Below, one piece after another: positions 37,304 through 46,697 of a stretch of 64,000 nucleotides of DNA (within the stretch, counting starts at the first letter, position 1; the number at the start of each line of letters is the position of its first letter). The DNA is from Iningainema tapete BLCC-T55 (lineage in GTDB: Bacteria > Cyanobacteriota > Cyanobacteriia > Cyanobacteriales > Nostocaceae): positions 8,580-72,579 of the forward strand of contig NZ_JACXAE010000061.1 in the NCBI RefSeq assembly GCF_014698965.1. Direction: 5' to 3'. A model generated the notes under the pieces. The model had not been told where the DNA came from and made no database searches. It saw only the letters and a list, made by a program, of their open reading frames with translations. The position numbers and the translations under genes are program-made.

Positions 37304-37536
37304 TCAAGAGTGCGCCCATCCCCACACCCCTACCTACTCTCATCGCAGTATAGGAAAGTAGCACCTGGAGTGGGGGGGGGGACGAATTGCCTTACCTGTA
37401 CGTTCAGCAATCATCAGAGAAAGCGGCGACTTCCCAACGTTTCTTTTTACACTATTTTTTTCCAACTCTAGTATAAATTCTTAGTTTTATTGTATACTTT
37501 TTATATTATTGTATTGGTGGTTAATTTCCGCTCATA

Positions 37537-37980
37537 ATGATACCTGAATTTGATGAAAACGGTAATCTTCCACCAGGGATTCACTTTTGCGATTGGTTGG
37601 AGTTTAAAGAGAGATTTGGTTATACAGATAGACGTGCTTTAATGATTAAAGGGATGTCAGCAGCAATGGCAGAATTAAAAGCAGCTGGATGTAGAACTTT
37701 TTATATAAACGGTAGCTTTGTGACAAGCCAACCTAAACCAAGAGACTTTGACTGTTGCTGGGATAGAGATGATGTAGATATAGACTACTTGAGAAAAAAT
37801 GCACCCCAAATATTAAATTTTTATAATAGTGCAGCACAAAAAGCTAAGTATCAAGGTGAAATATATCCATCAGATCAGCCAGTTGATGAATCGGTAACAT
37901 CAATAGAATTGTTTCAACGAGACAGAAAGCAAAATCGTAAAGGTATTATAGCTATAGATTTGCAGGAGTGGGAGCCATGA
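37537..37980 (+). CDS. Minimal Pol-beta-superfamily nucleotidyltransferase-fold protein (GS...DxD motif)
   Basis: YINGSFVTSQPKPRDFD fits the hG[GS]-x9-13-DxD nucleotidyltransferase signature. Size (147 aa) and layout resemble MNT-type toxin-antitoxin/defence nucleotidyltransferases. Confidence 0.5.
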   Translation: MIPEFDENGNLPPGIHFCDWLEFKERFGYTDRRALMIKGMSAAMAELKAAGCRTFYINGSFVTSQPKPRDFDCCWDRDDVDIDYLRKNAPQILNFYNSAAQKAKYQGEIYPSDQPVDESVTSIELFQRDRKQNRKGIIAIDLQEWEP

Positions 37981-38495
37981 TTAAAGACGACTTGCAACTG
38001 GCATATTCCAAAGAGTGGGTAGAAAAATTTGAGCGGGCGAATGAAAAACTCCGGGCTAACGAAGAGAAGAGATTAAAAGATCCTGATGGTTGGCAATTAA
38101 TCCAGGACTCAAACGATGCGCTGCGACAGAAGCTGCTTGATGAAATTACCGAGTATGAAGCGCTGGTTGCCCATGATACCGATCAACCAATAGTACTGGA
38201 AATAGAAAATCTTGATTATTTATCAGATTTGTTAATTAAAGCTAGAATAGCTTTTAAGATAACTCACAAGGAATTGGCAGCATTTTGTCAGCGTACAGAG
38301 TCAGAGATTAAAATTTTTGAGGATAAAGATTATCAAAATGCTAGCTTTCTTGATTTTATGACAGCACTCGATGCATTAGGAATTAAGCTTGTTAATGGCA
38401 AGTTTGTTGCCCAATTAGATGATTATTATAAAGAAAAACTCATTTCTATGCGCGATTCAGAAAATGTGCATATTTCTTTCCAAGCAGCATCTTAA
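37968..38495 (+). CDS. Coiled-coil + XRE-type helix-turn-helix protein, overlapping the upstream nucleotidyltransferase gene by 13 nt
   Basis: HTH_XRE-like segment LSDLLIKARIAFKITHKELAAFCQRTESEIKIFED. The overlap suggests translational coupling with the nucleotidyltransferase ORF. Confidence 0.5.
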   Translation: MGAMIKDDLQLAYSKEWVEKFERANEKLRANEEKRLKDPDGWQLIQDSNDALRQKLLDEITEYEALVAHDTDQPIVLEIENLDYLSDLLIKARIAFKITHKELAAFCQRTESEIKIFEDKDYQNASFLDFMTALDALGIKLVNGKFVAQLDDYYKEKLISMRDSENVHISFQAAS

Positions 38496-38601
38496 GTCGG
38501 CTTGGCAAAAATGCATATAGCTGTGTGTCAAAAGTAAAAATATTCCCCAATTATAGTAAAAGCAGCCCAGTCTCTGGGGCTGGGATGCTTTTTCAGAATA
38601 C

Positions 38602-39990
38602 TTAACCACCACAACCACCACAACCACCACAACCACCGTCCCCACAACCACCACTACTTGTATCACCTCCTTCCAGGCTTGAGGAACCACTACTTGTATG
38701 ACTTCCTCCTCTCGAAAATATGATGATTAAAAATATCAGGGCTAAGATCACCCAAATTAGAATACGCGCTCCGAGGAAAAACAAAATTATACCTGAAAGC
38801 CAGACGATTAGGTAAATCGATTTTTGGATAACAGAGTTAAACTTATCATTCTCACGACCTAGAAGCCATAGGAGATATACACCCATGCATAGGCATAATA
38901 TAACAAGATAACCAACAGGTTTATGTCGATAAAGTCCGATGATTATCCTGGCAATTCCTAGAGAGTATAGGCAAAAAATCGAGAGCAAAGTTAACCAATT
39001 TGCAATGCTTTCCCCATCTAAATGTGCTTTATTCGTCTGTAAAAATTCTGACCAAGATGGTGTATAGTCAACAGAATTAATTCCAGAAGGGTAAGTGGAA
39101 GGTTTAGCTTTTATCCAACGCCGGAGGGCAAAATCAAATAGAAAACTGGCGATCGCACATAGAATGTAGAACCCAATAAAATCCTTTCCAGATAGATTCA
39201 AAATTCCTGTCGCTAAATTAAAAGTCCCCAAACTAAATAAAACAAACATCAGAATGGCAAATAACACTGAAGCAGTACGAAGATCGTTTCTGAATCGTTG
39301 TAGTAAGAAGCCGAGAATACCTATAAATAAAATCCCAATACCTCCAACTAAAAGGTAAAAGTTGAAAAATTCAGGTAATGAACGGTTAATTGGATTTGGA
39401 AAGCTTGCAAATGCGGGAACATCCCAAGTGATGATACAAATGAGTGCAAGCAGCGACAGCATCCAGACAGCACCCTGACGGAAACGAAACTTGCTCAAAA
39501 AACTGAAATCCGACTTTTGGATAATCCAGTTTTGCTTTGTATTGACGCGAACAAAATGAATATCTCTGCCAAACCGAATATGATGAGGCAACCAAATATC
39601 GGCTGGTGGCTGTTGGAAAAACCGTTCATAACTTGCCAAAGTTTTACTGTACCAGTCATTAAATTTATACCCTTCATGTTGACCACCTTTTGTAGGATTG
39701 TGATGCAAAGGCATTTGTAGAACATGAGGACAGAAATATTCCCAGTAGGAGCGGGTATAAAGAAGGTGTAAATGCCATACTTGATCTACTTGATCTGAAG
39801 GGGTGACTGGATGATCGGCAACAACAGCTAAAAATGCAAATTTTTTGTATTCCTCAATCACCCGTTGAGCATATTCAGTTGTCCAATTATTATCCCTGGC
39901 AAGGCGTTGAGTGAAAGATAATTTTGCATCAATTTCATCCAATGAGAACTGCTGAATACGCTGATAGAGTTTTAATTCCTGAGTATTCAT
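38602..39990 (-). CDS. Membrane protein with an N-terminal soluble His/Trp-rich domain, ~7 TM helices, and a C-terminal Gly/Cys tail (GGCGGCGGCGG) encoded by CCACCACAA repeats
   Basis: Hydrophobicity pattern. The C-terminus SSGGCGDGGCGGCGGCGG is encoded by the ccaccacaaccaccacaacc tract at 38602-38637. Confidence 0.5.
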   Translation of the reverse strand: MNTQELKLYQRIQQFSLDEIDAKLSFTQRLARDNNWTTEYAQRVIEEYKKFAFLAVVADHPVTPSDQVDQVWHLHLLYTRSYWEYFCPHVLQMPLHHNPTKGGQHEGYKFNDWYSKTLASYERFFQQPPADIWLPHHIRFGRDIHFVRVNTKQNWIIQKSDFSFLSKFRFRQGAVWMLSLLALICIITWDVPAFASFPNPINRSLPEFFNFYLLVGGIGILFIGILGFLLQRFRNDLRTASVLFAILMFVLFSLGTFNLATGILNLSGKDFIGFYILCAIASFLFDFALRRWIKAKPSTYPSGINSVDYTPSWSEFLQTNKAHLDGESIANWLTLLSIFCLYSLGIARIIIGLYRHKPVGYLVILCLCMGVYLLWLLGRENDKFNSVIQKSIYLIVWLSGIILFFLGARILIWVILALIFLIIIFSRGGSHTSSGSSSLEGGDTSSGGCGDGGCGGCGGCGG

Positions 39991-40355
39991 ACATAAATCA
40001 CTGATATTTGGGCATGAAGCCTCTAAAACATTTCTACTCGTTGGCTTTTACCAATTCCTGAAATGCTTTGCGACGGCTTTATAACTGTATATCTCTAGAC
40101 ACCACAGAAATTATGCAAAAATCTGCGCCACCCAAAGCAAAACCCCAGGCTCATCACCTGGGGTTTACACTGTTTCAAATAAGTGATTCAAATAGGATAT
40201 TACGAGCGCAAAAAACTCTAGCGCGAGTGTTTTTGATAGAACACCCTGATAACAACCTGGTTAGAGAGTTTTCGCTCAATGAGTATTTATGCAAGACTCA
40301 TTGATTCACAAGATACTCTGGAATTAAACGTAGTAGTTGCCAAATTGGCACAAAA

Positions 40356-41171
40356 TTAAATTGCGTATTGCGTTAGCCACTTGTACCAATTATCCAACCC
40401 AGTGCCTGTCAATGCAGAAACCTGAAAAATCTGAATTTCGGGATTAACCTGCTGAGCGTATTCTATGCAACGTTGAACGTCAAACTGCACGTAAGGTAGT
40501 AAATCTATTTTGGTGAGAATCATCATCTCACTTTTTTGGAACATATGGGGGTATTTCATCGGCTTGTCTTCGCCTTCTGTAACAGAGAGTATCACCGCTT
40601 TGAGATGTTCACCCAAATCAAATAAAGCTGGGCAAACAAGATTACCAACATTCTCAATCATCACTACCGAGTTTAATGGGGGATTCAGTTGTTCTAATCC
40701 CCTTTCTACCATTGCTGCATCTAAATGACAGCCTGTTCCCGTGTTAATTTGGACAACTTTACAACCTGTTTCTTTAATTTTTTGCGCATCATTAGTAGTT
40801 TCTTGGTCGCCTTCAATTACACTGATAGTTAATTGATGCTTTAAATCATTGATAGTGCGGGTTAATAAAGTTGTTTTCCCTGAACCTGGAGAACTCATGA
40901 GATTTAAAGCAAAAATGTTTCTACCTTTGAACCATCCGCGATTTTGGGCTGCTATTAAGTTATTTTTCGCTAAAATATCTTGCTCTAAAGAAATATTTGT
41001 GCTATGGATATGGGCATGAACAGATGCTTCGGCTATGGTGTCGTGACTGTGAGAGTGGGTGATTATCGTGCCGTCAGGTAAGGTGTGAGTGTGATGGTGA
41101 TGAGTGTTAACACCTTCAAGATTGGTAATTTTTGCTTCAGTATCATCGGAACAGCCGCAGGTTACACACAT
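40356..41171 (-). CDS. hypB: Hydrogenase nickel-incorporation GTPase HypB
   Basis: His-rich N-terminus (HHHHTHTLPDGTIITHSHSHD), P-loop GSGKTTLL, and CxxC. It closes the hypE-hypA-hypB order. Confidence 0.85.
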   Translation of the reverse strand: MCVTCGCSDDTEAKITNLEGVNTHHHHTHTLPDGTIITHSHSHDTIAEASVHAHIHSTNISLEQDILAKNNLIAAQNRGWFKGRNIFALNLMSSPGSGKTTLLTRTINDLKHQLTISVIEGDQETTNDAQKIKETGCKVVQINTGTGCHLDAAMVERGLEQLNPPLNSVVMIENVGNLVCPALFDLGEHLKAVILSVTEGEDKPMKYPHMFQKSEMMILTKIDLLPYVQFDVQRCIEYAQQVNPEIQIFQVSALTGTGLDNWYKWLTQYAI

Positions 41172-41503
41172 AATTCCTCTATTTCTATTTCTTTAATTTT
41201 TAGTTCTTGCCCAGCTATTAAATCTAAGTGCTTGCTGCCACAATTACAGATGCCAAAGGGTTTTTCTAGGGTAATTTCTGCGCCACATTGGCGACATTTC
41301 GCTAATCCTGGTGTTTCTAATATTTCTAATTTGGCGTTTTCTAAAAGTGTGCCTTGTGAACAAATGTCGAAACAAAATCTGATGGCATCTGGCATGATGG
41401 CGGTGAGTTTGCCTATTTCTAATAATACTCTTTTTACTTTTTTTTGTTGGGCGTTTTCGGTTACTATGGCTACGATATTTTGTGTGATTCCTAGTTCATG
41501 CAT
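41162..41503 (-). CDS. hypA: Hydrogenase maturation nickel metallochaperone HypA
   Basis: Starts MHELGI.., and has the zinc motif CRQCG...CNCGS. Start moved from the computed ORF to the conserved MHE. Confidence 0.8.
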   Translation of the reverse strand: MHELGITQNIVAIVTENAQQKKVKRVLLEIGKLTAIMPDAIRFCFDICSQGTLLENAKLEILETPGLAKCRQCGAEITLEKPFGICNCGSKHLDLIAGQELKIKEIEIEELCV

Positions 41504-41595
41504 GATTTTAATGAACCGCCAAGACGCCAAGAGCGCCAAGAGAAGAATAAAGAGGTGGTATGTAGTTGCGCTTTAGCGCTATATAAGCACCGTAA

Positions 41596-42687
41596 TCAAC
41601 AAATTCGTGGTAACTGTTCTCCAACTAGCATGTCTAGGATGCGTTCTGTACCAAAGATGGTTTTTAATAGTACAATGCCTGGAGGGGAGGAGGTGACTGA
41701 GCCAATTATACAAGCATTTTTTCCGGCTGGGTGGGATTTCATGGCTGAGAGAACTGTTTCAGCGTTTTTGTTTTCTACTACTACTACTAATTTACCTTCG
41801 TTTGCTAAATATAGGGGTTCTAAACCAAGTATTTCGCATACTCCTTTGACTTCTTCACGTATTGGGATGGATTGTTCGTTAAGGCGAATTCCTGTTTGAG
41901 AGGTTTGGGCAAATTCATTTAATACTGTGGCTAAACCGCCGCGTGTGACATCGCGCATTGCATGAATTTCGGGACATGCTTTGAGGATTGTTTGAACTAA
42001 ATTATTTAATGGCTGACAGTCACTTTCTATGTTAGTGTCTAATGCTAGTTCCCCACGGGCAATTAATATTGCTGTGCCATGATTACCTATTTCACCATTG
42101 ATAATTATGGCATCTCCGGGTTGAATGTTACGGGCAGAAATAGCAATTCCTGCTGGGATTATTCCAATTCCTGCGGTGTTAATAAATAGTTTATCTGCTG
42201 CACCACGCTCAACAACTTTTGTGTCGCCTGTCACAATTTGCACGCCTGCTTTTTTAGCGGCTACTTGCATACTTTTGGCTACTTGATGTAGGGTTTCTAC
42301 TGCTAATCCTTCTTCTATTATTACGCTACAGCTAAGATACAATGGTGTTGCACCACTGACGGCTAAATCATTGACTGTACCATTGACGGCTAATTCTCCT
42401 ATGTCACCGCCAGGAAAAAATAAAGGATCTATAACATAGGAATCAGTGGTAAAGGCTAGTCTATCTCCTTTCTCTGTTAAACTTGCTAATTTGAAGGTTG
42501 CTTGGTCTTCTAAGTGGCAGAGAATGGGATTATCAAAGGTATTGACAAAAATATTATCTATTAAATCGCGCATTGCTTTGCCACCGCTACCATGCGCGAG
42601 GGTAATATGAGTATCTTGCATACCTTGACGACGATTAACTTTTTGCAAGAGGGGATGCTGTGCTGGATTAGTGGAGGAAATATTCAT
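41596..42687 (-). CDS. hypE: Hydrogenase maturation protein HypE (carbamoyl dehydratase)
   Basis: AIR-synthase-like fold and the diagnostic C-terminal ...EQLPRIC. Confidence 0.85.
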   Translation of the reverse strand: MNISSTNPAQHPLLQKVNRRQGMQDTHITLAHGSGGKAMRDLIDNIFVNTFDNPILCHLEDQATFKLASLTEKGDRLAFTTDSYVIDPLFFPGGDIGELAVNGTVNDLAVSGATPLYLSCSVIIEEGLAVETLHQVAKSMQVAAKKAGVQIVTGDTKVVERGAADKLFINTAGIGIIPAGIAISARNIQPGDAIIINGEIGNHGTAILIARGELALDTNIESDCQPLNNLVQTILKACPEIHAMRDVTRGGLATVLNEFAQTSQTGIRLNEQSIPIREEVKGVCEILGLEPLYLANEGKLVVVVENKNAETVLSAMKSHPAGKNACIIGSVTSSPPGIVLLKTIFGTERILDMLVGEQLPRIC

Positions 42688-42824
42688 ATTAAATTCTGTT
42701 TAAATTGATTAAATTGTGGGGGGAATGTCACTTTCTTTAAAAGGTAGGTTGGGTTGAGGAACGAAACCCAACATTGAGAAAGGCTAGTTATTTGTTGGGT
42801 TTCACTATCGTTCAACCCAACCTA

Positions 42825-43364
42825 CTAATACTCATTTAATTTAGGTGTGCAAATTAAATATGCCACTGATACAAAACAAAAAATAGTCATTGCGTCGAAG
42901 ATTAGTCCTAGAATGGCTATCTGCAAAGCAATTCCACCTTGAGTTGTGTCAACGAACTGTGGTAGGAAAGCTATAAAAAAAAGCGCAATTTTGGGATTAA
43001 GTACGTTTGAAAGCACTCCTTGAGAAAAGGTAGTTGTCAAGCTTATTCGTTGCCGAGTGGCAAAGGTATTCTGCTCCTCACGGCTTAAGATAGTACGAAT
43101 TCCCAAGTAGATTAGGTAAGCAGCGCCAGCGTATTTAACGATGTTGTAGGCTAGGGCTGAAGTCATCAACAAGGCTGAAAGTCCAATGGCAGCTGCTAAG
43201 GTATGCACGAGAATTCCAACACAAATTCCCAAAGCAGAGACAATGCCAGCAATTTTTCCTTGTCCAATACTGCGGGCAATGACGTAAAGCATATCAGGAC
43301 CTGGGGTGATAATCAAGACGATCGCCGCAATGCAGAAAAGGTTTAGGTGAGTAACATTGAGCAT
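42825..43364 (-). CDS. LysE/RhtB-family amino-acid exporter
   Basis: MLNVTHLNLFCIAAIVLIITPGPDMLYVIARS is a typical LysE-family N-terminus. Six TM segments. Start placed at the internal Met. Confidence 0.6.
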   Translation of the reverse strand: MLNVTHLNLFCIAAIVLIITPGPDMLYVIARSIGQGKIAGIVSALGICVGILVHTLAAAIGLSALLMTSALAYNIVKYAGAAYLIYLGIRTILSREEQNTFATRQRISLTTTFSQGVLSNVLNPKIALFFIAFLPQFVDTTQGGIALQIAILGLIFDAMTIFCFVSVAYLICTPKLNEY

Positions 43365-43575
43365 AGTTTGCGATTGAATCAGTAGACTTATTTCAGAATA
43401 AGCCTTGTTCAGGTGCTTTACGCTCCCCAATGCTGATGTTATGATGCCTTACCGTCAAGAGTACTGCAGTTAACGATGAAATAGGACTTACTTAAGGAGA
43501 AATTCAACAATCTACAAGTTGGACGATGGAAAACTTTGTTTGGGGAATGAGGAGATTGGGAGCTTAGTGCGACAG

Positions 43576-44073
43576 CTAGTCACAAGTACTCTCCTCAAAG
43601 GTAAGTAAAAGCTTACGGAGCGAATCTGTTATTAACTTTTGTTCCACTGGTGTAAGCTCAGCAAGCAGTTGCTGCATACTCGCAAAATGAACTGCAATTA
43701 CTTGATCGATTAAGGTGAGTCCCTCAGGTGTGAGACAAACCAGTACCCCTCGGCGATCGCTCTTGTCTCGACTACGGTAGACTAGCCCTGCTTGCTCTAG
43801 TCTGTCAACCCGATTTGTCATTGCTCCTGAAGAAAGCATTACGGATTTATAAAGATCTGTTGGTGAAAGCTGGTAGGGTGCTCCAGAGCGTCGTAGAGTT
43901 GCTAGAACTTCAAACTCACCGATGCTTAAGTCAAAAGCTACCAAATTATTTTGGATCTTACGCTCAAAGTGTCTTGCGAGCCTGACTATGCGTCCAATTA
44001 TACCCATCGCAGACCCGTCAAGATCTGGTCTTTCATCACTCCACTGCTTCAAAATGTAGTCAACGTAATCCAT
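43576..44073 (-). CDS. MarR-family transcriptional regulator
   Basis: Winged HTH LSIGEFEVLATLRRSGAPYQLSPTDLYKSVMLSSGAMTNRVDRLEQAGLVYR. Confidence 0.75.
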   Translation of the reverse strand: MDYVDYILKQWSDERPDLDGSAMGIIGRIVRLARHFERKIQNNLVAFDLSIGEFEVLATLRRSGAPYQLSPTDLYKSVMLSSGAMTNRVDRLEQAGLVYRSRDKSDRRGVLVCLTPEGLTLIDQVIAVHFASMQQLLAELTPVEQKLITDSLRKLLLTFEESTCD

Positions 44074-44242
44074 AACACTAAACCAAATTTAGTACTTTCG
44101 CCTGATATATCTTTACATCAAGATACTTGACATAAAGATTTAAGCCCAGTATCTTTAAATTAAGATACTTAATTTAGAGATATTTAGGCAAGGCTAGGTA
44201 ACTTTTTCAAGTGTTGAGACTGTCTTCACCAGAAACTCACAA

Positions 44243-44710
44243 TTGCTGAAAACTCTTTACGAGGACTATCCAATGAATCCAAATCGTGAGGTTGTTGAAG
44301 TCGAGAAGACTGACTTCTTTATGCCCTATGCTCCGCTAATACGAGTTAAACACACAGGCGATCTGCTGTTTATTTCAGGAGCAACTGCACTACCGCTCTA
44401 CCACGAGCATCCACACGAGCATGACAAGTTGAATCCTCCAGATGATGTACGAGAGCAAACGCGCCTCGTGATGGAGAACTTGAAAAAGTGCCTGCAAGCA
44501 AGTGGTGCAACATTTGCTGACGTTGTGCGAACGGATGTTTTCGTCACCAACATGGAAGATCAAAATGCCATTGGCGAAGTGATGGAAAAGTATTTCCTCG
44601 GAAACTATCCAGCAAGCACCTTAGTTGAAGTGAAGCGGCTAGTTGACAGGCGACTAAAGCTTGAAGTTAGTGCTATTGCAGTGACAAGCGACTCTCAAAG
44701 TTCGAGATAG
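44243..44710 (+). CDS. RidA/YjgF/TdcF-family protein
   Basis: RidA-like core (LFISGATAL...DVVRTDVFVTNMEDQNAIGEVMEKYF...ASTLVEVKRL). Confidence 0.7.
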   Translation: MLKTLYEDYPMNPNREVVEVEKTDFFMPYAPLIRVKHTGDLLFISGATALPLYHEHPHEHDKLNPPDDVREQTRLVMENLKKCLQASGATFADVVRTDVFVTNMEDQNAIGEVMEKYFLGNYPASTLVEVKRLVDRRLKLEVSAIAVTSDSQSSR

Positions 44711-44751
44711 CAGTTGATTTGCGATTGGAGCAGTTTTCGGAGTGATATCTT

Positions 44752-45204
44752 ATGAGTCCTAGAAGCATTTACTTGGTAACAGCACTTATCGGTGGCGCTG
44801 TTTTACCCGTTCAGGTTGCTCTTAACGCTTTTTTAAAACGTTATGTTGGTCAGCCAATGCAAGTTACATTTATTTCATATCTTGCTGGCACTCTCGCATC
44901 GCTTACTATTTGTTTCTTTGCCCGCTATCCACTTCCTACTTGGACTTCGCTCTCTCAAACGTCATGGTGGATGTGGGTAGGAGGCTGTTTAGGAACTTTG
45001 TATGTTTGGTCAACTATTTTTGCCACACCTAAAATTGGGGCAACACTTACATTAGCACTCACAATTGCAGGTCAGATGATTGCAGCACTTTTTTTAGATC
45101 ATTATGGTGTCATCGGGCTTACCAAATATCCAGCTAGTCCATTACGCATAACAGGAATCGTCTTCGTCATTATTGGGGTTTCTTTGGTTGCTGCTAAAAA
45201 ATGA
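44752..45204 (+). CDS. Small 4-5 TM DMT-superfamily-like membrane protein (YdcZ/DUF606-like)
   Basis: About 150 aa, with the hydrophobic pattern and size typical of small DMT/EamA-type half-transporters. Confidence 0.4.
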   Translation: MSPRSIYLVTALIGGAVLPVQVALNAFLKRYVGQPMQVTFISYLAGTLASLTICFFARYPLPTWTSLSQTSWWMWVGGCLGTLYVWSTIFATPKIGATLTLALTIAGQMIAALFLDHYGVIGLTKYPASPLRITGIVFVIIGVSLVAAKK

Positions 45205-45220
45205 ACATGGTGCTTATTGC

Positions 45221-46360
45221 TCATATAGGAATGGCACTTACCACCTTTTTCTGAGCCACCTGAGAAAAGCGACCATACTTGTAATAAGCTGCACAAGCAC
45301 CTTCGGTAGATACCATGCAAGTACCAATCGGTGTTTCTGGAGTGCAAGCTGTACCAAATACTTTGCATTGCCAAGGTTTTAAGACTCCTTTGAGTATTTC
45401 ACCACATTGACAAGCTTTATGGTCAGCAACTTTGAGATTAGGAATGGTAAATTTTTGTTCAGCGTCAAATTGAGCATATTCGGGACGAATTTTTAACCCA
45501 GAATAGGGGATGTCGCCTAAGCCTCGCCAATCAAAGTTTTCTCGCACTGCAAAAACTTTGTTCATCGCGGCGATCGCCACTTCATTCCCCGTTTTCTCTA
45601 CCACCCTGTTATACTGATTCTCAACTTCACAACGATTTTCTACCAATTGCTGCATCAACATCCAAATAGATTGAAAAATATCTATTGGTTCAAACCCCGA
45701 AATCACAATTGGTTTATGATATTGTTGGGAAATAAACTGGTAAGGGTCAGTACCAATCACCATACTAACGTGACCTGGACCAATAAACCCATCCAGTTGC
45801 AAATCGGGATTGTCTAGCAGTGCAGCGAGTGCGGGAATCACAAGTACGTGATTGCAAAACATACTAAAATTATTGATTCCTTCTGCTGCCGCTTGCAAAA
45901 TAGTAAAAGCTGTGCTAGGCGCTGTTGTCTCAAAACCTAAGGCGAAGAACACAACTTCCTTGTCAGGGTTATCCTTAGCAATTTGCAGACTATCTAAGGG
46001 AGAATATACCATGCGGATATCTGCCCCTTGTGCTTTCGCTTGCAACAGACTAGTTTTAGAACCGGGAACCCGCATTGCATCGCCAAAAGTAGCCAAAATA
46101 ACGTGAGGATTTTCACAGATAGCGATCGCATCATCTAACCTCCCCTTTGGCATCACACACACAGGACAACCTGGACCATGAATTAATTCTATTGCATCAG
46201 GCAAAATTTCTTCTATACCATATTTAAATATAGAATGAGTATGACCACCACACACCTCCATTATTTTAATCGGCTGTGCTAACTGGTGGCACAATCTTTC
46301 AATTTCATGGAGTAAAGCAACAGCTTTTTGTGGTTCACGAAATTCATCAACGTATTTCAT
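45221..46360 (-). CDS. hypD: Hydrogenase maturation factor HypD
   Basis: Motifs CGGHTH, GPGCPVC, FETT, and the C-terminal Cys cluster. Confidence 0.85.
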   Translation of the reverse strand: MKYVDEFREPQKAVALLHEIERLCHQLAQPIKIMEVCGGHTHSIFKYGIEEILPDAIELIHGPGCPVCVMPKGRLDDAIAICENPHVILATFGDAMRVPGSKTSLLQAKAQGADIRMVYSPLDSLQIAKDNPDKEVVFFALGFETTAPSTAFTILQAAAEGINNFSMFCNHVLVIPALAALLDNPDLQLDGFIGPGHVSMVIGTDPYQFISQQYHKPIVISGFEPIDIFQSIWMLMQQLVENRCEVENQYNRVVEKTGNEVAIAAMNKVFAVRENFDWRGLGDIPYSGLKIRPEYAQFDAEQKFTIPNLKVADHKACQCGEILKGVLKPWQCKVFGTACTPETPIGTCMVSTEGACAAYYKYGRFSQVAQKKVVSAIPI

Positions 46361-46365
46361 ATAAA

Positions 46366-46440
46366 TTGTTAATTGTTAATTGTTAATTGTTAATTGTTAA
46401 TTTTTTACCATCAACTATTAACTATTAACTAATTCCTCTA
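46366..46440. repeat. STRR heptamer tract (ATTGTTA x6, then CTATTAA variants) between hypD and hypC
   Basis: Direct read of attgttaattgttaattgttaattgttaattgttaatt...caactattaactattaact. Confidence 0.8.
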
Positions 46441-46660
46441 ATAACTGTAAGGTTACTTTCGCCTCTTCTTCATTAATACGATTCATAGCAAAGCCCACAT
46501 GAACCAGCACCCAATCACCAACACAAGACTCAGCCGGATGCTGTTCATCAACTATACAAGCAATATTAACTTGACGCCTCACACCACCAACATCAACAAC
46601 CGCTAATTTCTGTTTAGCGTCAGTTATTTCTGTAATTTTACCAGGAATTCCCAAACACAT
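46418..46660 (-). CDS. hypC: Hydrogenase maturation protein HypC
   Basis: Begins MCLGIPGKI, the HypC signature. The longer computed ORF adds a repeat-encoded N-extension and was trimmed. Confidence 0.8.
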   Translation of the reverse strand: MCLGIPGKITEITDAKQKLAVVDVGGVRRQVNIACIVDEQHPAESCVGDWVLVHVGFAMNRINEEEAKVTLQLLEELVNS

Positions 46661-46697
46661 ATTTTCTTCTTCGCGCTCTTCGCGTCTTTGCGGTTCA

